Source: Eledone cirrhosa (lineage: Eukaryota). Taken from it: a stretch of DNA of 64,000 nucleotides. Below are positions 1 through 12,990 of this stretch, in pieces (position 1 is the stretch's first letter; each line of letters begins with the position of its first letter). Location: assembly GCA_964016885.1 (NCBI GenBank), contig OZ024752.1, forward strand, positions 28,954,001 to 29,018,000, in the 5' to 3' direction. Under the pieces are notes generated by a model. It did no database searches. It was not told the DNA's origin and was given only the letters and a program-made list of their open reading frames with translations. Both the position numbers and the translations under genes were made by a program.

Positions 1-1011
1 TTATGTGTGTGAATATATGTATTTATACATCTATATGAATATGGAACTCTTTTAGTCATGTCCGTCTGTTGGCATAAACCTATGTGTTTGTGTTTACGTA
101 TGACTACAAAAGATTTTCTTTTTAATTAGAAAATAATGTCTGACGCGTATCGTAAACGGAATCTCACTTATATTTTAGACACGTTTGTGTGTGTATGTCT
201 GTCAAAATGTTTTGATCTACTTATTTCATGTAGATTACTTCTGGGATTCAATCTTTTCAAATATATGTATTTCTGTATATCATATCTATAAGGTTCCTAG
301 CAATAATTAATTGTATATTTTATTTGTGTTTATATTTTCATTCTGTAAGTATTATAAACAATTTGTAATAATATTTATACAACTGTGAATAAAACTGTTC
401 TATCTTGTATTTATTCGACTATCGTTCGCAATTTGACCAAATTGTTAAGAACTTCTCATAGCAATCATTAGGTCCCATGGCATCTTGGCCAAGTGTCATT
501 TACCATTTTTCTTTATATTTCTCTTTCGTACATACTGCTTTGTAGACGCCGTATGACCGACCGAATGGTTAAAGAGTTCACTTCACAGTCATTATGTACC
601 AGGTTCGATCCCAACGCGGCGTGACATCTCGGACTAGTGTCTTGGGACTATCCATGCATTTTGGGGGAACTGGATTGACGGAAACTGTTTAGAAGCCTAT
701 CATATTGACTGTACTCAGCTTGGTTGAACTTTAAGTCAAAAAAGTACTTGCTTGGGGGCATCAAGGGAAGAGGGGCGCTAATTTTATTCAAGTTGGATGG
801 AACAAGTAACTGAGAGAGATGGAGAGCGGTAGACAGCGAAGGGAGAGAGAGGGGCGGGGAGAAAGAGAGAGAGAGGAAGACAGAAAATTTAGTGACTTGT
901 TGGGGTTAGCTATATAATTTCCCATTTGTAGATGATGAAGGAAATATTATCCGTACAGATTGCCTAGTTGTGATTCGTTTTAACAAAAAAATGATCTCAT
1001 TTATTGTTGTC

Positions 1012-1070
<59 letters not shown>

Positions 1071-1147
1071 GCCGAGACGTTTTATGTTCGGAAAAATTGT
1101 TCGTGAACCGATTTGTTCGTGATGATAGGTTTTCGTAAACTTAGGTT

Positions 1148-2550
1148 CCACTGTATGTAAAATAATTGTTTCTACTTTAGGCACAAGGCCAGCAATTACC
1201 CAGTGCATTACTGGTACTTTATTTTATCGACCCCGTAAGGATGAAAGGCAAAGTCAACCTCGGCGGGATTTGAACTCAGATCGTAAAGGGACGTAACTAT
1301 GCTGGAAAGCATGGCGTCCGACCCTCTACCGATACTGCCAATCCACTGCCAATCCACTGTATGTAAAATAATTGTTTCTACTTTAGGCACAAGGCCAGCA
1401 ATTACCCAGTGCATTACTGGTATGTAAAATAATACTTCCAGACAAGAAGTTTGTAAAGGGTAAAGATGAGTGACCATGGGATTTGCACCTAGAAACTTGC
1501 CTTCCGGGGCACAAGTCCGGGCAAGGTTGTTTGTGGAAGACCAGCAGTCACCCATACATACCAGTTTTCCCTCTCCATGCCTCTAATGTTGTCCAAGGGA
1601 AAGGCTATAGCCGATACAACTTAGCACCAGTGACGCTGCAATTCATTTCTACAGCTGAATAAACTGGAGCAGCGTGAAATAAAGTGTCTTGAACACAACG
1701 CATCACCCAATCCTGGAATCGAACTCACAACCTCACGATTGCAGAGAGAGAGGAGGGGACCTTTCTCCAGCTGAGTAAACTGGAGCAACGTGAAATAAAA
1801 TGTCTTGCTCAAAAACACAACATACAGCCAGGTCCGGGAATCGAACTCACAAGAAGTTCGGAGTATGTAGATTAATTTAAGCAGTGAAAATATAAAATGG
1901 TTTCAACATTTGGCACAAAGCCAGAAATTTGAAGAGACGGGGAAAGTCGATTAAATCTACCCCAGTACGTAACTGGTACTTTATTTTATCGACCCGACCC
2001 CTTCAGGATGAAAGGCAAAGCTAACTTCGTCGGGATTTGAAATCAGAACATAAAGGGCCGTAATTCTATGCCACGAAGCATGGTGTCCGACGATCTACCA
2101 ATACTGTCAATCCACCAAATATAATAATTGTTTCTACTTTTTGGCACAAGGCCAGCAATTACCCAAGTGCATTACTGGTACTTTACTTTATCGACCCCTT
2201 AAGAATGACAGGCAAAGTTAACCTCGGCTGGATTTGAAATCATAACGTAAAGGGTCATAACTCTAAGCTGCAAAGCATGGTATCCGACGCTCTACCGATA
2301 CTGCCAATCCACAGCCAAATATAATGCTTTCTTATATAGGCACAAGGCCAGCAATTTTGGAGGAGGGGAAAGTCGATTAAATCGACCCCAGTGCGTGACT
2401 GGTACTTTATTTTATCGACCCCGTAAGGATGAAAGGCAAAGTTAACCTCGACGGGATTTGAAATCAGACCGGTAAAGGGCCGTAACTGCATGCTTCAAAG
2501 CCTGTTGTCCGACGCTCTACCGATACTGTCAATCCACAGCCAAATATAAT
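1148..2550 (-). mobile_element. Cluster of tRNA-derived SINEs (major family, plus a second family at about 1480-1850)
   Basis: Repeated head TGGCAGTATCGGTAGAG...GAGTTCAAATCCC (A/B boxes) and core GCCTTTCATCCTTACGGGGTCGATAAAATAAAGTACCAG, head-to-tail. Confidence 0.88.
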
Positions 2551-2994
2551 AATACAGTTACTATAACAAGATGTATGTTTACAAAAAATTATATAATGTT
2601 TCAGTACATCTACAAAACTAATTATATTTGTTAATTAACGTTGTCGTCGTTGATTTAAAATTTTAAAATAGCTCCTAGGTGTATTGTTCGGTTGATTTGG
2701 TTTCTTAATTCTATTTATTGTTGGCAAATAGACAGTTAAACAATATCACATGGAAAATGTAGAAATGGCTAATCTCAGTCTTCTTTCCTGTTTTCTGAAA
2801 TCATACTAGAGTTTATCAAAGATCTCGGTAATTATTTTACTAAATAACAACAACAAAAAATTCAGTTTAGATATTAATTAATTATAGCTTTTATAAACAT
2901 GGCGGATAGTTTGGCTCAATGGGGTTGGGGGAGGGGGGGTTGTTTTGTTTTGTTTATTTGTTTTTTGCATTTTTCATCTTCTTTTTCTTCTTTT

Positions 2995-3465
2995 ACTCCA
3001 TCATCATCATCAATATGATCACCAATATAATCATCATCATCAACATCAATGTCGTCTTTATAGTCATTATCACCATCATCATCGTCATCATCATCATCAT
3101 CAATATGATCACCAATATAATCATCAACATCATCATCATCATAGTCATCATCATCATCATCAATATAATCATAATATAACATCAATGTCGCGTCTTCATA
3201 GTCATCATTATCATCATTATCATCACAACCATCAATGTCACCATCGTCGTGGTCATCATCATCATCATCATCACCAACATCAATGTCACTATCGTCGTGG
3301 TCATCATCATCATCAATATAATCATCACCAACATCAATACGTCGTCGTCATCATCAGCATCAATATAATCATCACCAACATCTATGTCACCATCGTCACA
3401 GTCACCACCACCACTACCATCAGCAGCAAGAACAACATCATATTTATCTTCATCTCATCTACATC
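2995..3465. repeat. Degenerate (CAT/ATC)n low-complexity tract
   Basis: Trinucleotide repeat; similar tracts at 10905-11185 and 45805-46085, and (TAG)n at 1014-1060. Confidence 0.9.
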
Positions 3466-4442
3466 GTAAATATTTTCATTGTATTCATTTCATACTTTTT
3501 ATCCCAAAATGTCAATAGAGATTCGAAGATGCATTAGGTATTGGATTGGCAGTGTGGGCAGAGCGTCTGACACCATGCTTTGCAGCATAGAGTTATGGCC
3601 CTTTATGTTCTGAGTTCAAATCCCGCCGAGGTTAACTTTGCCTTTCATCCTTACGGGGTCAACAAAATAAAGCACCAGTAATGTACTGGGGTCGATTTAA
3701 TCGACTTCCCCTCCCCTAAAAATTGTTGGCCTTGTGCATAAATCAGAAAGCATTTCACACTAAGGTTAGCTTTGCCTTTCATTCTTTCGCAAAATTTATT
3801 TATCATAACTTATTTATCATAACATAAAGACAAAATGTTTGTAATGACTTACAAAAACGTCCATTTCTCTGCAGATATTGGCAAATATCGGTATTAGGAA
3901 ATAATTCTAAAAAGACATAAACGTTAAGTAATGTAAACTACAAGAAACATTAAACATTAAATTTGATAACGTGTACTTCACTGGAAAAATTCTTAGAAAC
4001 ATAAAATATATCGTTTTGGACGAACTATAACCACGCCTCGAATAACCGTCATTAGCTATGGTACAACCTCTGTGCAACATTAAGACAGATACATTGATAC
4101 GTTTGCGAGTTTGCGACAGCCACAAAACACACACTGAATAAAATTATGATCATATGAATACTTTTTGTTAGCATGAAATATATTTCAACAAAAAATATTC
4201 TTATGTTTGAAACTTTATTGAGTATGAGTGAATTTTGGTTAATGCAAACTCGCAATTGTATCAATATTTCTGTTTCAGCGATGTTAGTAACAGAGGTGAT
4301 CTCTCATTAGATTACCAAAATGGCCGAGAGCTTTTTAAGCCAGATTAAGATAGATTCAACAAGATAAGAAGTGAACAAATCACACAACTATTGTAATGAT
4401 CAATACTTCAATGCTATTACTACCTACAATGAAATACGAAGA

Positions 4443-4490
<48 letters not shown>

Positions 4491-4789
4491 GCGTGTGTTT
4501 GTGTGTGTGTGTATACATATATGTTTTAGGTAATTCCGAAGGAAAAGCAAAGGAAAAAACTATTGTAATGATCAATACTTCAATGTTATTACTACCTACA
4601 ATGAAATACGAAGAGTATATGTATATATGTGTGTGTGCATGTGCGTGTGTGTGCATGTTTGCGTGTGTGTGTGTGCGTGTGTGTATACATATATGTTTTA
4701 GGTAATTCCGAAGGAAAAAAGAGTGCTCTATGTATAGAGTATAGAACAGAGCTATTTAATTAGAAAGTGAACAACACAAAATATAACTA

Positions 4790-4857
4790 CTCCATTACCA
4801 AAGGTTTCTGGATCCCAGACGATATTAATATACGTCTGGATCGGTCGTCAGACAGAG
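4790..4857 (-). ncRNA. Type I hammerhead ribozyme motif
   Basis: CTCTGT-CTGACGA-[stem II GATCCAGACG...CGTCTGGGATC]-GAA-ACC TTT GGT-A-ATGGAG; cleavage triplet GUA. Base of stem II is mismatched. Confidence 0.6.
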
Positions 4858-5052
4858 ACGTTATAGATAAAAAATATGAAATGAGATTTAAAATCTGTTA
4901 AAAATTGGAAGTGAGGCTGGAAAAATAACGGGAAATATACATAACAAAAGAAGGGTAAGAAAAATAATATATAAAAGTATATAGCAATATAGAAAAAGAC
5001 ATGTGTGCATACATATACACACACATACACACATTCAGATAAAAGTAAAATT

Positions 5053-5058
5053 TATATA

Positions 5059-5130
<72 letters not shown>

Positions 5131-5138
5131 TATATATA

Positions 5139-5236
<98 letters not shown>

Positions 5237-5487
5237 AACATACATATACACACACATATATACACATACACACACACACATAAATACATATACAGACATA
5301 CATACACACACACATATACTATATGTATGCATGTATATATACATATATATACACATGGCATAGACACAAGTGTATAAACACACTAGTCTGCAAACACATA
5401 CATACGCAAACACACACATATACATACACACATACACAAGCACACACACACACATATATATATATATATACCTATATATACATATAT
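5053..5487. repeat. (TA)n/(CA)n microsatellite complex; others at 9003-9152, 35385-35476 and 37000-37130
   Basis: Dinucleotide and tetranucleotide runs. Confidence 0.95.
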
Positions 5488-5729
5488 AGGAACCAGTAAG
5501 ACCCCGACGGCTGAGCTCAAGCTGTTTCGACGGCTAATTCTAATTAGCCGTCGAAACGGCTTGAGCTCAGCCGTCGGGGTCTTACTGGTTCCTATTACCC
5601 ACTCTACTACCCCAAGTATTGAGTACTTTGGTGCGTTATGGTCCACCTGGTTCCTTACCACATTTCCTTCGTTATACATATATATATATACATACATATA
5701 CATATACACACATATATATATACATATAT

Positions 5730-8700
5730 ATCTTGGTTGTCCATCGTAAACGATGATGACATCTTTACTTTAGTTCCCGTCTGTCATGGGCGCGAAGGTG
5801 GCTGTGGAGGTCCGGGGTCAGTGGGGGCAGGGGAAGAGACAGGAGTCGCTTGGGGAAGCTGTTGATGCCTTTCTCCTCCTTTCACGGGCCTCAGTGATCT
5901 CTGCTCGTCTCTTCTCTTCAAAAGAGTCTTTGGCGCGTCTGGTAAGGGCTCGCCACTCAGTCCTGTCCTGGGCATGAGACTCGAGTTGTTTTGGCGCGAT
6001 TCCAGTGTTGTTGATACTGGACTTCACGCAGTCTTTGAACCTCTTGAGAGGCCTGACCCGCTTTCGTTTCCCCGAACAGAGTTCCCCATACATCAGTTGC
6101 TTCGGAAGCCTGTGATCGTCCATCCGGATGACATGTCCCACCCATCAAAGTCGGCTCTTCAGTATCATAGCTCCGACACTAGTTGTCTCAGTCATGTCAA
6201 GAACTTCGATGTTGAATACCTTGTCCTGCCATTTGATGTTCATGATTGACCGCAGGCTGCGAATGTGGAACCTTTCCAGCTGCTTCAGGTGCCTTCTGTA
6301 CAGGGTTCATGTCTCACATGCGTAGAGGAGGCTGGTGAGAACAACGGCCCTGTACACCTTGAGCTTGGTGGACTGCCTGATGTTGTGCTAGTTCAGGACG
6401 CGTGTCCTCAGGCGGCCGAGGGCGTGACTGTTTTTGCAGATTCTGGCGTTTATCTCCTTGTCGAGGCTTCCATCGCTGCTGATGACACTGCCGAGGTACT
6501 TGAAGTCGTCCACCGTCTTTAGCTGGGTGCGTCCGATGGAGATGGAAGGAGGGTGGGCGACGGAGGCAGGTGCAGGCTGGAACAGGACCTCAGTCTTGCC
6601 ATGGCTAATTGTGAGACCGAAGAGGCAGGAGGCCTCCGCGAACTTGTTGACGATGAGCTGGAGGTCAGACTCCCTGTGGGCCATGAAGGCACAGTCGTCA
6701 GCAAAAAGTGCCTCCAGGACGATCCTCTGCACGGTCCTTGTCTTGGCCGTCTCGACTTCTTCGGCCTTCTTTTCCCACACTTATCCTGCATTCTGCGTAG
6801 CGCTGCTTGGGTCTGCCTCTGGAGGTGCTTGAAGCGGTCGCGCTTCGAGGTGGAGGAGCTGTCATTCTGCCACTCAATGAAAGCCCTCCTCTTCTCGTCC
6901 AGGAGTTGTCTGATGCGCTCATCGTTTTCATCAAACCAGTCTCTTCCTCGGCCCGATGGTTGCCTTGGCTGACTCTGTCACCAGCGACCTGAACTGGTCC
7001 CACTGTTGAGTTGGGATCCGGTCAGTGGTACACGGACAGTCAGCCGGCCGTCCAGGTCTTCCGCGAACGCATCACGATGCTCTGGCTTCTTGAGTCGTGC
7101 GACGTCGAAAGCTGGCCTACAGACTTTCGGAGTCTTGCGATACGTCGGGGTGATGTGCAGTGACAGGATGGTCCTGACAAGGCGATGGTCGGTCCAACAC
7201 TCTGCACCACGCATGGCCCTGGTGATTCTGACGTCACAGATGTCCCTCCTGTGGCATATGGCAAAATCAATCAGATGCCACTGTTTGGATCTGGGGAGCA
7301 TCCATGTCGTCTTGAACTTGTCTGCCTGGCGGAACAGTGTGCTGGTGATGGTGAGGTCGTTCTCGGCGCAGAAACTCAACAGTATGAGGCCGTTAGAGTT
7401 CAGCTTCCCTGTGCCGTGAGGTCCCAGCACGCCTCACCAGTTGCTGCTGTCAGACCCGACTCTTGCGTTGAAGTCCCCAATAGGATGAGTTTATCGCTTG
7501 GGGGACACCCTTCACGAGTGCGTTGAGTTCCCCGGGGGGCGTACGCGCTGATGACTGTGCATGCCGAGATGGGCTGAGAGGGAATCGGAGCTTCATCAGC
7601 CGCTCACTCACAGGTGTAGGGAGGTCTGGTAGCTGCTTGCAGAATGAAGTCCTGATGGCCAGGCCTACCCCGTGGATTCTGTCCTCGTCCTTTGCATTGC
7701 CCTTCCAGAAGAAGGTGTAGCCTCCTTTCGGTTCTGCTACTGAACCTTCTTCGGCAAGTCTGGTCTCGCTGAGGGCAGCTATGTCGATCCGGTAGCGAGC
7801 TAATTCCCTCGCTATGAGGGCAGTTCTTCTCTCTGGCCTCAAGGAGGATTCCCTATCTATGAGGGTGCACACATTCCATGCACCAAGAATCAAGTTCTTC
7901 TTTCTATTATGTTGGTTTCCATCGCTTGCAAGGGTAAAACCGCCAGTCGCGATAGACTGGACGGCTTTGTGTGGGACGAGCATTTGGTTAGGGCTCCTTT
8001 TATCGCCCCCTACCCTCGTGCGAGGGTGAGCAGTGCTCCCCTGAAAAGGGCTGCTCAGTCGCCCGGTGGAATGCCTGATCTCCTCTGTCATCCCAGGGTC
8101 AGGAGGAGAACGACTTGCGCATCCAGGCCGCCCACGTGTGGGTTTGAGACTGGCAACTCCCAGAGGTTACCTCCACCTGTTACCTCCGCCTCTCGTCCAT
8201 CGCCGCAGGGCTTTGGGAGTGAACGCTAAAGAAGAAACCTGTGCCGGAAAGGTTTATAGTGGGAGGGCCAGTGCACAGTGACGGTCCCACTCACTCGGCC
8301 GCAGAAGCCAGAATCCGGTGGTACGGAGAACCGTCATGACCAGGGACTTCCTTCGCTGCAGTGGATGGCCACGATGTCTGTAGTGCCTTGCCGTGCCCTA
8401 GCGCTCCACACCGCTTGCTGTCGCCGCCTTCGTGACTGTTGGGACGATGTTGTCCTCCTCCACTCACTCCGCCGGGTCCAGTCTTCGCATGCAGGGCAGG
8501 CATCCCCTATCTAACTCACCGAGGGTTTCAGACCCGTCCGGCTACCCTCAACCTGGTTCGGCCCGCCAGCCAAGGCGGTTTACCAGGGTGTGGCCGCTGT
8601 CGAATGCTACAGCTTCTTGGGGCCACATGTGAGAGCTGAGTGTCAGGTGGGACCTAATGCAGGACGAGCTGTCCTGAAAAGGGCATGGCTACCCCCACCC

Positions 8701-8745
8701 CCTACAGAGCTACATGCCCCATGCCCCTCCCTGACACCCCAGGAA
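5730..8745 (-). mobile_element. RTE-clade (BovB-like) LINE with intact 5' UTR, frameshifts and a large internal RT deletion
   Basis: AP endonuclease motifs (GAWNVCTL, DIAALSETR, CWTDHRLV), RT remnant LFADD and FKYLGS, C-terminal GHVIRMDDHRLPKQLMYGEL. GC-rich island inserted in a TA/CA tract. Confidence 0.93.
8547..8740 (-). ncRNA. Candidate HDV-like self-cleaving ribozyme at the 5' end of the RTE element
   Basis: P1 GGGGTGT (8740-8734)/ACACCCT (8591-8585) with G1-U wobble; P3 GGC/GCC; P1.1 CC/GG; P4 CCGCC/GGCGG; J4/2 GCCGAA; imperfect P2 CTCACATG/CAGGTTGAG. Order matches the nested double pseudoknot. Confidence 0.6.
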
Positions 8746-9065
8746 TATACACACGTATATACATACACATACACATGTACATGTATATATACATATTTAC
8801 ACATTTTTGGAAGGCCGTTGACTCTTATCAGTTCTTCCGCCCTTCGTCAGGTTTTATTTTTTGTCCTGCGGGGTGTCCAAAATCACCCTCCTCACCAAGT
8901 AAACTTGGTGGGGTTGTCAGTTTAGTCGCCGACGACCCGACCATGCGACAGGTTGTGAAGGTTTACATGTTACCAGTAGCACTCAAGAGTGACCTGACAT
9001 GAACATATATATACATATATATATATATACATACATATATATATAAATACATACATATATATATA

Positions 9066-9151
<86 letters not shown>

Positions 9152-9154
<3 letters not shown>

Positions 9155-9372
9155 AGATGTCAACATGAATGGTCCTGTTATTTTTATCTAAAGACAATTT
9201 TTCCAATTCCACCGCGCCCGTCCCTTCAATCTATCTAATTTCTCATTCTTTGTTCTGATGAAGGACTAGCGTCTGAAACGTTCAGACCCTCTTCCTGCTA
9301 TTTCAAGCGTTAACCTAATATATTCCTTGTATATACTGTACCGATTGTGTTATTTCTGTTTACTTTTTACAT
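9152..9372 (+). mobile_element. Short non-coding element (Penelope pLTR/retrozyme-like, family A) with hammerhead core, between (TA)n tracts
   Basis: CTGATGA-A-GGAC TAGC GTCT-GAAAC-GTT at 9255-9282. Homologous to 34390-34660 (+) and 36300-36575 (-). Confidence 0.65.
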
Positions 9373-9496
9373 ATATATATATATATATATAGTAATAATA
9401 TATATATATATAGTAATAATATATATAGTAATAATAATAATAAAATTGAAGGGTAAAAGCAGCGATTCTTTGCTTAAACTTTAATCTGTTATTTTA

Positions 9497-9533
<37 letters not shown>

Positions 9534-9788
9534 TTAGTTAAGCAAAACAAGACCCCAAATTTCACAATAATGTCTTCCTTGTGAAATTTGTGGTCTTGTT
9601 TTGCTTAACTAATGAATATTTCCAGCTCTGTGCACCTTACCTCTGCATGAACCCAGCTACCTAGCTGCCTTCCACTGCATATTGCACATTGAGCACATGC
9701 CTCTATGCTTTGGCTTCTAACTAATTCACCAATCTCTCTTCTCCTCTCCTATCTCTATCTCTCTCTTTAAGATTGGTTACTCTTGAAC

Positions 9789-9835
<47 letters not shown>

Positions 9836-10077
9836 AATAGGATGTCGCTTCAAGCATAGCTTTATACAATATGTATAAATATTTCGTATCTCCAAAGAAA
9901 TACGGTTTTAGGAAGCCGTAGCTATGCAAACACCGAGGGGCTAACGCAAGACGGTCCCTCCCACTTGTATATATATGTATATTTATATATAGGTGTATAG
10001 GTGCAAAAATTGTGTTCGTAGGCGGTATGCCGGGTGAGCATTCGATGCTCGCGCAGAGCAGAATATAATAGTATAGG

Positions 10078-10126
<49 letters not shown>

Positions 10127-10391
10127 CGAATAACGAAACGAAATTAAATTTCGTTTCGCTTCTAACTCACTTTTGTATGACTGACGCTTAAACAATTAAG
10201 TTAAAGTGTACATCTATATATGTATACGGAAGTATTAGTATGCATATAAATACACATATGTATACATATGTACATGTACCGAGCTTTTCAAAGTGTCTAG
10301 TGAAAAGCTCGGTACATGTACATATGTATACATATGTGTATTTATATGCATACTAATACTTCCGTATACATATATAGATGTACACTTTAAC

Positions 10392-10465
<74 letters not shown>

Positions 10466-12159
10466 GATGAAAAAAGAAGGCCGAATTCCAATATATTTCT
10501 TTAATATTCCATAAATACACAATACGTATTTCTATGGCCGGCTTGCGTCATCAAATCTTAACACAAGACACTCGGCGATGACAGTGTAATGAACATAAAA
10601 TATTAAAAAGATTTAGTTCAGTCATCCTTACTGGGTTATGGCAAAATATAACCAAAGAAATTATACGGAGGTGACCTGTCCAACGACGCAATTACGTAAA
10701 ATAAACAGACATCGTGGAAGGGCGTTGGGAGCTAGAGATTGGTGTGTCTTGAAGAGAAACACCATATCTGACGATCTTGGCCTTGCATGAGAAGAATTTG
10801 TGGTCTTCTCGGGCCTCGTACCATAGACATGTATACATGTGGGGGGGGGGGGTACATAAACATATAGAGAGAGACATGTGGTGGTGGGCTTATGTCCGAT
10901 GTGATATATTGATGATGGTGATGGTGATGGTGGTGATTGTGATGATAATGATGATGATGGTGATGGTGGTGATGGTGATGGTGATGGTGATGATGGTGGT
11001 GATTGTGATGATAATGATGATGATGGTGGTGATGGTGGTGATGGTGATGGTGATGGTGATGGTGATGGTGATGGTGAATGGTGATGGTGGTGATTGTGAT
11101 GATAATGATGATGATGGTGGTGATGGTGGTGATGGTGATGGTGATGGTGATGGTGAATGGTGATGATGGTGATGATGATGATGAATCTAAACTATTTACT
11201 GATGTAGTAAATAAATTTTTTAAAAGTAACATTTAAATTATTTTTTGTTTTTGTTTTTAAAGTAATTAGCTAATTAAGTTATTATCATTATTGGTCGGAC
11301 GCCATGCTTTGCAGCATAGAGTTACGTCCCTTTGCGGTCTGAGTTCAAATGCCACCGAGGTTAGCTTTGCTTTTCATCCTCACGGGGTCGATAAAATAAA
11401 GCACCAGTAACGTACTAGGGTCGATTTAGTCGAGTTACCCTCGACCAAAACATTGTTGACCCTGTGCCTATGTCAGAACACACTGCTACTACCACTACCA
11501 CATCAAACATGTGAATGGCTTTATTAATTAACAAGAAATATACCTGACCTAGTGCTGAATATGACGAGTGAAAAGTAATTGATAAATTACATGCATTTTC
11601 CATTAATTTGTTTGTTTGTTGGTTGTTTTAGCGAAATATTTCAGGTGGGATAACTTGGTAACTATATTTTAGAGTTCTCTCCCCTGAAAAAAATAAATAT
11701 ATACACTTTTGCAATTATTGTATTAGAAAAAGGCGGTGGATTGGCAGTATCATTAAAGCGTCGGACAACATATTTCATAGCATGGATAGATGTACGTCCC
11801 TTTACGTTCTGAGCTCAAATCCTGCCGAAGTTAGCTTTGCCTTTCATCCTTACGATGTTGACAAAATAAAGCACCGACTTTCCCCTCCCTCAAAAATTGT
11901 AGGCCTACTGTCTAATTCAGAAACCATTATATCATAGAAGGAAGATTGGAAAGCGGTTCACAGAATCGTTAATGTCTCTGATGAAAAGATTTGCAGTATT
12001 TCGTTTTGGTTCGTTATGTTCTTGAGTTCAAGTCCTGCTGGGGTTTATTTTGCTTTTCATCTTTCTGATCTAGATAAAATAAAGTACCAGTCAAATGTTG
12101 TATATATATATAACATGTTATCCATGTGCAACCTGCAGTATTCTTCTCCCCATTTTTTC

Positions 12160-12226
<67 letters not shown>

Positions 12227-12990
12227 CATGTATATATATATATATATGTGTATATATATATATGTGTGTCTATGTGTATGTATGTGTGTGTGTATTTCGT
12301 TTTTGTATTTGCTTTGCAAGATTCTTGATATGAAATTGTGTGTTAAAACAGATATTGTTATACTTTGGGAGGGCCATGTTGTCAATAAAAACACACATTC
12401 CAGTTGAGTTTCGCTTCGCTTTTATCATATATTAGGTAACTAATACATACTTTGTTTAGTTTAATAACCAGACAGTGATTTAATGATTTAATTATCATAT
12501 TTAATTGTCCAGACGCTTTCATTACACACCCTGTAACCTTCTCAATAACTATTCTTGCTCCTCTGTATTTGTTCTGCATTTTGATATTATTCTATTTATT
12601 CATCGGAAGATCTGAGATGAGTATTCGGACGGTCCATTTGAGATGTTCAGTCCAGTGTTTTGTGAAAAATAGGTAATGTTAAAATCTGTGTAGAGTTGAA
12701 TATAACAAAAAGCAAATAAGAACAACAATTCACATCTGTAGCCATTTCACTTAGACAACTTCCTATGGCCTCTTCCGTGTACAGCTCAGACCAATAATAA
12801 CAAAAACACCATTCAATTTTGTACATTTTATTTAATTTTAATACAAATTATTCTACTTTGTAACATGAAACGTCAAACATTCAATGTATAGACGTCTTAC
12901 ATTTGAACACATAATAGATGTTATATAATTATTAGATGTAGGAATACCAAAAGCAGAAAATAAATGTAGCCACAGTTAATTGTTATAAAT

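Noticed and set aside
548-625. tRNA-like sequence with GGTTCGATCCC B box
   Set aside because: Degenerate SINE head continuing into SINE body; no complete cloverleaf.
1208-1555. Recurrent peptides such as VDFAFHPYGVDKIKYQ in many ORFs
   Set aside because: Translations of the non-coding SINE core, not a protein family.
2916-3469. His-rich, Asp-rich and Ile-rich ORFs (also 10732-11232 and 45799-46160)
   Set aside because: Open frames are by-products of trinucleotide repeats, with no splice or homology support.
4848-5455. YIYI/CVCV ORFs here and at 8963, 10235, 12016, 36863 and 58638
   Set aside because: Translations of (TA)n/(CA)n microsatellites.
11977-12000. CTGATGA hammerhead-like heptamer
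   Set aside because: Lies in a decayed SINE head, with no stem II/GAAA partner.
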